Below the pieces are notes generated by a model. It did no database searches. It was given only the letters and a program-made list of their open reading frames with translations, and was not told where the DNA came from. From Halobacteriales archaeon (GTDB lineage Archaea; Halobacteriota; Halobacteria; Halobacteriales; Hikarchaeaceae), in assembly GCA_034521615.1 (NCBI GenBank), contig JAXHME010000021.1, positions 21,945-85,944 of the forward strand: a stretch of 64,000 nucleotides of DNA. The letters run 5' to 3'. Shown one piece after another: positions 58,618 through 64,000 of this stretch. The position numbers and the translations under genes were made by a program. Position 1 is the first letter of the stretch. Every line of letters starts with the position of its first letter.

Positions 58618-59145
58618 CTACCCGAACGGCCGCCAGCGCTCCGCGAGGTCCACCACGAGCACGGCGGCGGCCTCGCCGTCGGCGTAGTACGACGACATGA
58701 GGTGGTGGGGTTCGAACCCGAACCGGCGATAGAGCGAGATGGCCCGCTCGTTCGTCCGGCGCACCTCGAGCTTCACACGGCTCACCCCGCGCCGCTCGAG
58801 CACGCCCAGCGCCCGGTCGAGCAGCCGGGTCCCGAGGCCCTGCCCCCGCCACTCCGGGTGTACGGCGATGTCCTTGACGTGGCCCACCGATCGGCCACCC
58901 TGGCTGACCGTGTCGGCGACGACGTACCCGGCCACGCCCGCCCCCGCCTCGGCCACCAGGAAGCCCGCCGCGCCGAGGAAGCCCTCGAACGCCTGGAACG
59001 GCCACGGCTGGGCGAACGACTCCTGCTCGACCCGGGAGACCGCCAGCAGGTCGGCGCGCTCGGCCGGCCGGATGGCCACGCCGTCGTGCGCGTCGCCGCC
59101 CGGCGCCGTCGTGGTCACGGCTCGCGGTAGGCCACTGGTCGCCAT
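58618..59145 (-). CDS. rimI: GNAT N-acetyltransferase (RimI-like)
   Basis: ATG 59145. VHPEWRGQGLGTRLL acetyl-CoA motif and ISLYRRFGF. Confidence 0.85.
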   Translation of the reverse strand: MATSGLPRAVTTTAPGGDAHDGVAIRPAERADLLAVSRVEQESFAQPWPFQAFEGFLGAAGFLVAEAGAGVAGYVVADTVSQGGRSVGHVKDIAVHPEWRGQGLGTRLLDRALGVLERRGVSRVKLEVRRTNERAISLYRRFGFEPHHLMSSYYADGEAAAVLVVDLAERWRPFG

Positions 59146-59193
59146 AAGGCCGTTGGGCCAACGTTGAAGGGCGGCGCCGCCCGAACGTGGCCG

Positions 59194-59625
59194 ATGTCCG
59201 CGCTGACCGCCGCCCTGTCCCTCGTCGTCCACGTCGCGCTCGCCGCCTGGCTCGGAATCATGGCCTTCTTCTCGTTCGTCGGCGCGCCCCGGGCGTTCGC
59301 CGTCTTCGGGGACGAGGGCGGCGCCTACGTCAACGACGTGTTCCCGCGGTACTATCGGATGGGGATCGGCCTCGGGGCCGTGGCGGCCGCGGCCGCGCTG
59401 GCGCTCGGCGCCACCGCCGGCTTCGACCTGGCTGGATGGGTGCTGGTCGCCGGCGCAGCTCTCTCGGCGCTGCTCCCGGGCTACTCGCTGGCCGTCCTGA
59501 TTCCGAAGATGGAGGCCGCGGGCGACGACGCCTTCGAGCAGTACCATCGGCAGTCGGTGCTGCTCAACGGCCTGGCGATGCTCGCCGCGGCGGTCGGCGT
59601 GGTCGCAGCGCACTGGCCGGCTTAG
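59194..59625 (+). CDS. Membrane protein (DUF4149-like)
   Basis: ATG 59194 in ORF 59164..59625. Four hydrophobic helices. Confidence 0.6.
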   Translation: MSALTAALSLVVHVALAAWLGIMAFFSFVGAPRAFAVFGDEGGAYVNDVFPRYYRMGIGLGAVAAAAALALGATAGFDLAGWVLVAGAALSALLPGYSLAVLIPKMEAAGDDAFEQYHRQSVLLNGLAMLAAAVGVVAAHWPA

Positions 59626-59638
59626 GCCGGGCTCGCCC

Positions 59639-60790
59639 TCAGCACAGGCGCTCGGTCGCCACTTCGGCGCCTTCGACGAGGGCCTCGAGCTTCGCCCACG
59701 CGATCTCCGGGTGGACCATGCCCAGGCCGGCCTGGGTGTCGAAGCCGCAGTCCGGCGCGGCCACGAGCCGTGCGGGGTCGACCCCCGCGTCGGCGACGCG
59801 CCCGAGCCGGTCGGCCACCGTCTCGGGGTGCTCGACGACGTTCGTCTTGACGTCGACCACCCCCGGCATGAGGTACCAGCCGTCGGGCAGCGGCTGCTCG
59901 GCGAACGCGCGGTACTCGTGCTGGTGGCGGGGGTTGGCCTGCTCGATGCTCAGCCCGGTGACGTCCAGCTCGTAGAGCTCGCCGAGGACGTCCGCGAGCG
60001 GCCAGTCCCGGTGGTGGGGCCCCTCGTAGCTCCCCCAGCAGGTGTGCAGCCGGAGCTGCTCGGCCGGGATGTCGGCGACGGCCTCGTTGAGCGCCGCGAC
60101 GTGGAGCCGGATCAGCCCGACGAGCCGGTCGCGGGTCTTCTCGCCCGGGCCGCGGTGGCCCGACGCGAGCAGCTCCGGGGCGTCGAGCTGGATCGTCGCG
60201 CCGGTCTCGGCGATGAGCTCGTACTCCTCGCGCATCGCCTCGGCGACGGCGAAGACGTACTCCTCGTGGGAGTCGTACTGCTCGTTGACGAGCGAGACGG
60301 CGGCGATGCCCGGCGAGGCGGTGGTCACGAACGTGTCCTCGAACGTGGCGTCCGTGGCGGCCAGACACTCGGCGAAGGTGTCGAGCTCCTCGCGGCAGGC
60401 CTCGGCGCCGACGTACTCGACCGGGCCGGTGACCGCCGGCTGGGTCGTGAGGTCGATGACGTCCGTCGAGAACGCCGCCTCGGCGTACGCGGGGTAGTCC
60501 TTGAGGTCGTCCCAGAGCGGCGCCTCGCGGGTGCCCTCGATGCCGCTCAGCCGGTCGGCGACGTACCAGTTGAACGAGACCCGGGGCTGCTCGCCGTTGT
60601 TGATGACGTCGAGGCCCGCCTCGGCCTGGCGCTCGATGACGGTCGCCGTCGCCTCCGAGGCACGCTGCTCCCACTCGTCGGGGTCGACGGGCTCGCCACG
60701 GGTCCGGCGTTTGAGCAGCTCGCGGAGCTCGGGCGGCCGCGGGAGGCTCCCGATGTGCGTGGTCACGATCCGGTCGGCGTCAGGTCGCAT
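59639..60790 (-). CDS. Cobalamin-independent methionine synthase II family protein (MetE C-terminal-like)
   Basis: ATG 60790 gives MRPDADRIVTTHIGSLPRP. HTCWG and APDCGF zinc-ligand motifs. Confidence 0.85.
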   Translation of the reverse strand: MRPDADRIVTTHIGSLPRPPELRELLKRRTRGEPVDPDEWEQRASEATATVIERQAEAGLDVINNGEQPRVSFNWYVADRLSGIEGTREAPLWDDLKDYPAYAEAAFSTDVIDLTTQPAVTGPVEYVGAEACREELDTFAECLAATDATFEDTFVTTASPGIAAVSLVNEQYDSHEEYVFAVAEAMREEYELIAETGATIQLDAPELLASGHRGPGEKTRDRLVGLIRLHVAALNEAVADIPAEQLRLHTCWGSYEGPHHRDWPLADVLGELYELDVTGLSIEQANPRHQHEYRAFAEQPLPDGWYLMPGVVDVKTNVVEHPETVADRLGRVADAGVDPARLVAAPDCGFDTQAGLGMVHPEIAWAKLEALVEGAEVATERLC

Positions 60791-60850
60791 GCGGGTTTCC
60801 GAACCGACCCGCGGAGCCATAGATGCTCTGGCGGTACCGGACGACGCTGC

Positions 60851-61180
60851 CTACTTCGGCGCCAACGTGTCGACGAACGCCAGACACCGGTCGACCCAGG
60901 CCTCGAGGGCCGCGTCCTCGCTCAGCCCGGCGGGGTCGACGTAGACCCACCCGCGCATCTCGCGGCCGGTGAAGTCGAACGGGCGCGCGTGGGGCTCCTC
61001 GAGGGCGGCCTCGTACTCGTCCGGGCCGACCCGGGCGATCATCGACTCCTCGATGACGCCGCAGGCCATGTTGCCCTCGAGCATGAACCCGAGGCCGCCG
61101 AACATCGCCTTCTCGTGGAGCCCCGGCTCGTCGTCGAGCCGCCGGCGGAGTCGGTGGGCGAGCCCCTCGTCGTAGGTCAT
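60851..61180 (-). CDS. TfoX/Sxy N-terminal domain protein
   Basis: 109-aa ORF. EKAMFGGLGFMLEGNMACGV is typical of TfoX_N. Confidence 0.75.
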   Translation of the reverse strand: MTYDEGLAHRLRRRLDDEPGLHEKAMFGGLGFMLEGNMACGVIEESMIARVGPDEYEAALEEPHARPFDFTGREMRGWVYVDPAGLSEDAALEAWVDRCLAFVDTLAPK

Positions 61181-61278
61181 GGGGAGTTCGTCGTCGATAG
61201 GTACCGGGCGGGCTTAACTCGACCTGCCCGGCGCGGGGCAGGGGATAGCGGGAAGTAGGGCGCCGCTGAGGCGACCGT

Positions 61279-61627
61279 ATGGGCATCGACGAACCCGACA
61301 TCGAGCCGGGCGCGTTCCTCGAGGACGTCGAGATGCGGGTCGGCGAGGTCACCGCGGCCGAGCCGTTCCCGGAGGCGCGCAAGGAGCTCTACAAGCTGAC
61401 CGTCGACTTCGGGACCGAGACCCGGCGCTCGGCGGCCGGGCTCGACGGCCAACTACGAGCCCGAGGAGCTGGTCGGCCGGCAGGTGCTCGCGGTCGTGAA
61501 CCTCGGCCGGGTACGCATCGCGGGCTTCGAGAGCGAGTGTCTGGTGACGGGCGTCGACGACGGCGAGGGCGGCGTCGTCCACCTCGCGCCCGAGCGCCCG
61601 GTCCCGAACGGCGCCCGCGTGTACTGA
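61279..61627 (+). pseudogene. tRNA-binding domain protein (CsaA/EMAP-like), frame broken at 61447-61448
   Basis: ATG 61279 gives MGIDEPDIEPGAFLEDVEMRVGEVTAAEPFPEARKELYKLTVDFGTETRRSAAGLD. The continuation ANYEPEELVGRQVLAVVNLGRVRIAGFESECLVTGVDDGEGGVVHLAPERPVPNGARVY ends at TGA 61625-61627 in the +1 frame. Confidence 0.75.
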
Positions 61628-61923
61628 CGCATAGGCGACGTCGAGCCCGGGACTCCGCGTCCGACGCGTGGCCGCGGGGGGAGCCGGGCGGTCAGCGACC
61701 CCTCAGTCCGCCGACGGGCTGGCCGTCCGTCGCCCGTCCTCGCGGGGCGCGTGGACGAACAGCCGGTAGACGTAGTAGAGCCCGAAGATCACTAGGTCGC
61801 CGCGTCGATCCCGGCCACGAAGGTCGGCGGTCCCGTCGAATCGCCCTCGACGCCCGACTGAAACCACGATTTGAGCCTTCCGAAGGCCCATATGCCGCGT
61901 CGTGCTCGGTGGGGACAGCCACG

Positions 61924-62484
61924 ATGCGACGACGCACGCTGCTCGCGGGCGCCGGGCTCGCCGTCACCGCCGGCCTGGCCGGCTGCGCCGCGGCCGTCGA
62001 TCCCGACTCCGACGATCAGACGATCCAAGCAACGACTCCGGCGGCCGGAGCCTGCGACCCCGATCCGTCGCTCAGGCCGACGCCCGACTCGTCCCGGGCA
62101 AAGTCCTACCCGACTCTGCCCTCGTCGGCGACGGCCGACGCGGCCGAGTCGTTCGCCCGAGCCCACGAGCGAGCATATCGGTACAACGCGCGGCTGGCAA
62201 CCCACGGGAGCATCCAGGTCGAGCTCGAGGTGCCAGACTGGGCGGGCAGCGAGACGGGGGACGGCTACCTCGTCGGCCTCGAGGGCCGCGTCCAGTTCGA
62301 CGAGCCGAAGACGCCCGACGGCGACGCCACCCAGAGGCCGTCTGGCTTCCTCGAGTACTCGGTCTGGTACCTGGTGACCGAGCGGTTCGCGCTGCGCGGC
62401 GGGGAGACCGATCGGGAGTTCGAACAGGGCCGCGACGTCGACCTCGCCGACGCCCAGCCGGTCGCCTGCGAGGACGACAGCTGA
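61924..62484 (+). CDS. Tat-secreted lipoprotein, function unknown (186 aa)
   Basis: ATG 61924 gives MRRRTLLAGAGLAVTAGLAGC, a twin-arginine signal plus lipobox. Confidence 0.65.
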   Translation: MRRRTLLAGAGLAVTAGLAGCAAAVDPDSDDQTIQATTPAAGACDPDPSLRPTPDSSRAKSYPTLPSSATADAAESFARAHERAYRYNARLATHGSIQVELEVPDWAGSETGDGYLVGLEGRVQFDEPKTPDGDATQRPSGFLEYSVWYLVTERFALRGGETDREFEQGRDVDLADAQPVACEDDS

Positions 62485-62518
62485 GGGGCGGGCGATGACA
62501 CGACGTCGCTTGGCCAAG

Positions 62519-62525
62519 CTTTTGT
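62519..62525 (+). promoter_or_regulatory. TATA-box-like CTTTTGT about 29 nt upstream of GTG 62551
   Basis: Same motif class and spacing. Supports the GTG start call. Confidence 0.4.
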
Positions 62526-62550
62526 CCCCGTCCCGGCTACCTCGGCTCCA

Positions 62551-64000
62551 GTGACGGGTATCGACGACGTGCTGGACGACCTCGACCGCTGGGCCGACGG
62601 CCGGGACCTGACGGTCCTCGCCGTGCTCGGGATCGCCGCCCTGGCCCTGGTCCTCCGCTTCGTCCTGCTGGGCGACCGCATCGCCCACTGGGACGAGGGG
62701 CGGGTCGCCTACTGGACCCTCGACTACCTCCGGACCGGCGAGTTCCACTACCGGTTCATCATCCACGGCCCGTTCGTGCAGATCGTCAACCGCCCCGTGT
62801 TCGCCGCCCTCGGCCCGACCGACTTCAGCGCGCGGGCGATCGTCGCCGTGATCGGCGGGCTGCTCCCGGTGAGCGCGCTGCTGCTCCGCGAGCACCTCCG
62901 GGACGTCGAGACGGTGATCGTCGCCGGCCTGCTCGCGGCGAACCCGATCCTGCTGTACTACTCGCGCTTCTTCCGGTCGAGCGTGCCGGTGGCCGCGTTC
63001 ATGTTCGTCGCCTTCGGCCTCTTCGTCCGGGCGTACGACACCCGGCGGCCCCGCTACGTCCACGCCGGCGTCGCCTTCGTCGCCCTGGGCTTCACCGCCA
63101 AGGAGAACGCCGCGGTCTACCTCCTCGTCTGGGCCGGCGCGCTGGTGCTGCTGCTCGACCACGAGCTGTTCCTCCCGCGGGCCGTCGAGACGGGCTTCGA
63201 CCGCCTGCGGGCGCTCGCCGGCCGGGTACGGGCCCGCCGCGATGACTGGCGGTCGGCCGGCAGCCGGCTGGCGCTGCACGCCGCCGTCGCCGCGGCCCTC
63301 TTCGCGCTCGTGATCGCCTTCTTCTACGCGCCCCGCACGAGCGACCCGGCGGGCGTCGGCCTCTGGCAGGCGGTCGCCCACCCGGGCCGGTTCCCGGCGC
63401 TCGTCGACGCCATGGCGGCCGACATCGTCGAGGGCTACACCTACTGGTTCGGCGGCGCCACGGACGCCGGCTGTAACCAGTCGAACGTCATCGACGGCTA
63501 CCTCTGCTTCCTCGGGCGGTCGCTGCTCGTGCTGGCGAGCTACGGCGCGGTGGTCGTCCCGTTCGCCCTGCTGGGCTTCTTCGCCGAGCGCTACGGCGCC
63601 GAGCGGCCCCGGCGGCTCGTCACGTTCACGAGCTACTGGGGGTTCGTCAGCCTGGTCGGCTACCCGCTCGGCGCCGACATCTTCGGCGCCTGGTTCCTGG
63701 TGAACGTGATCGTCCCGCTCACGGTGCCGGCGGCCGTCGGGCTGGGCATCGTTGTGCGGTGGGGCGAGGAGGCGCTCGAGGACGGCGACCAGGTCTCCGC
63801 CTGGATCGCCGCGGCCTTCGCCGCGCTCGTGGTCGCCCAGCTCGTCTTCGCGGGGGCCACCGGCGTCTACGCGTCGCCCCAGGACCCGGAGAACCGGCTC
63901 GTCCAGTTCGCCCAGCCCGGCGGCGACTTCCGCGCCGAGCTCCAGGCCATCGAGCGCGCCTCCGGGAGCACATCGGGCCCGGACGTCGTCCTCTACGGCG
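62551..64000 (+). CDS. TIGR03663/Agl23-like polytopic membrane glycosyltransferase-fold protein (partial, continues beyond the window)
   Basis: Manual translation from GTG 62551: VTGIDDVLDDLDRWADGRDLTVLAVLGIAALALVLRFVLLGDRIAHWDEGRVAYWTLDYL...YYSRFFRSS... Open to base 64000. CTTTTGT lies about 29 nt upstream. Confidence 0.7.
   Translation, partial: MTGIDDVLDDLDRWADGRDLTVLAVLGIAALALVLRFVLLGDRIAHWDEGRVAYWTLDYLRTGEFHYRFIIHGPFVQIVNRPVFAALGPTDFSARAIVAVIGGLLPVSALLLREHLRDVETVIVAGLLAANPILLYYSRFFRSSVPVAAFMFVAFGLFVRAYDTRRPRYVHAGVAFVALGFTAKENAAVYLLVWAGALVLLLDHELFLPRAVETGFDRLRALAGRVRARRDDWRSAGSRLALHAAVAAALFALVIAFFYAPRTSDPAGVGLWQAVAHPGRFPALVDAMAADIVEGYTYWFGGATDAGCNQSNVIDGYLCFLGRSLLVLASYGAVVVPFALLGFFAERYGAERPRRLVTFTSYWGFVSLVGYPLGADIFGAWFLVNVIVPLTVPAAVGLGIVVRWGEEALEDGDQVSAWIAAAFAALVVAQLVFAGATGVYASPQDPENRLVQFAQPGGDFRAELQAIERASGSTSGPDVVLYG

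Noticed and set aside
1-64000. Search for tRNA, rRNA, CRISPR repeats, IS elements, integrases and terminal inverted repeats
   Set aside because: I saw no cloverleaf-like or rRNA-like stretches, no regularly spaced direct repeats, and no transposase or integrase ORFs. The absence is by eye only and should be confirmed with tRNAscan, Infernal and ISfinder-type tools.
1-64000. Programmed ribosomal frameshifting as the explanation for the split genes
   Set aside because: There are fourteen sites in unrelated genes with no shared slippery heptamer or downstream structure. All are repaired by a 1-nt homopolymer change, so error or a simple indel is far more parsimonious.

Overview
Very GC-rich chromosomal segment of a haloarchaeon (class Halobacteria), judged from acidic proteins, Tat/lipobox signals and haloarchaeal-type families. 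It is densely packed with about 75 protein genes on both strands. I found no rRNA, tRNA, CRISPR array or intact mobile element. Content is mostly housekeeping or conserved: ABCE1, aSUI1, Sec61beta, NOG1 and EngB GTPases, FAU-1, riboflavin synthase, HisE, thioredoxin, RimI, a MetE-like methyltransferase, an aminotransferase and two M32 carboxypeptidases. There are three functional neighbourhoods. (i) A tungsten/molybdenum module at 1-10.9 kb: AOR, MobA, YqeC, Cys-type FdhA, TupABC and a ModE-like regulator. (ii) Scattered F420-related genes: LLM oxidoreductase, npdG and a cofE-mer pair. (iii) A MoxR-DUF58-transglutaminase operon. The most striking property is technical or evolutionary. Thirteen clearly conserved genes are split between two reading frames at 14 positions, each at a short G/C homopolymer. 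Two breaks lie in an identical 13-mer. This looks like homopolymer-length sequencing or assembly error rather than decay, but it needs read-level confirmation. A recurrent CTTTTGG/CTTATGG element sits about 27 nt upstream of many start codons, consistent with TATA boxes of leaderless mRNAs. I found no convincing novel multi-gene system such as a defence island or biosynthetic cluster. The remaining oddities are a few unexplained intergenic stretches, a shared hairpin 11-mer and several unannotated zinc-finger micro-proteins. The many long Arg/Pro/Gly-rich ORFs in the track are off-frame or antisense artefacts of high GC.
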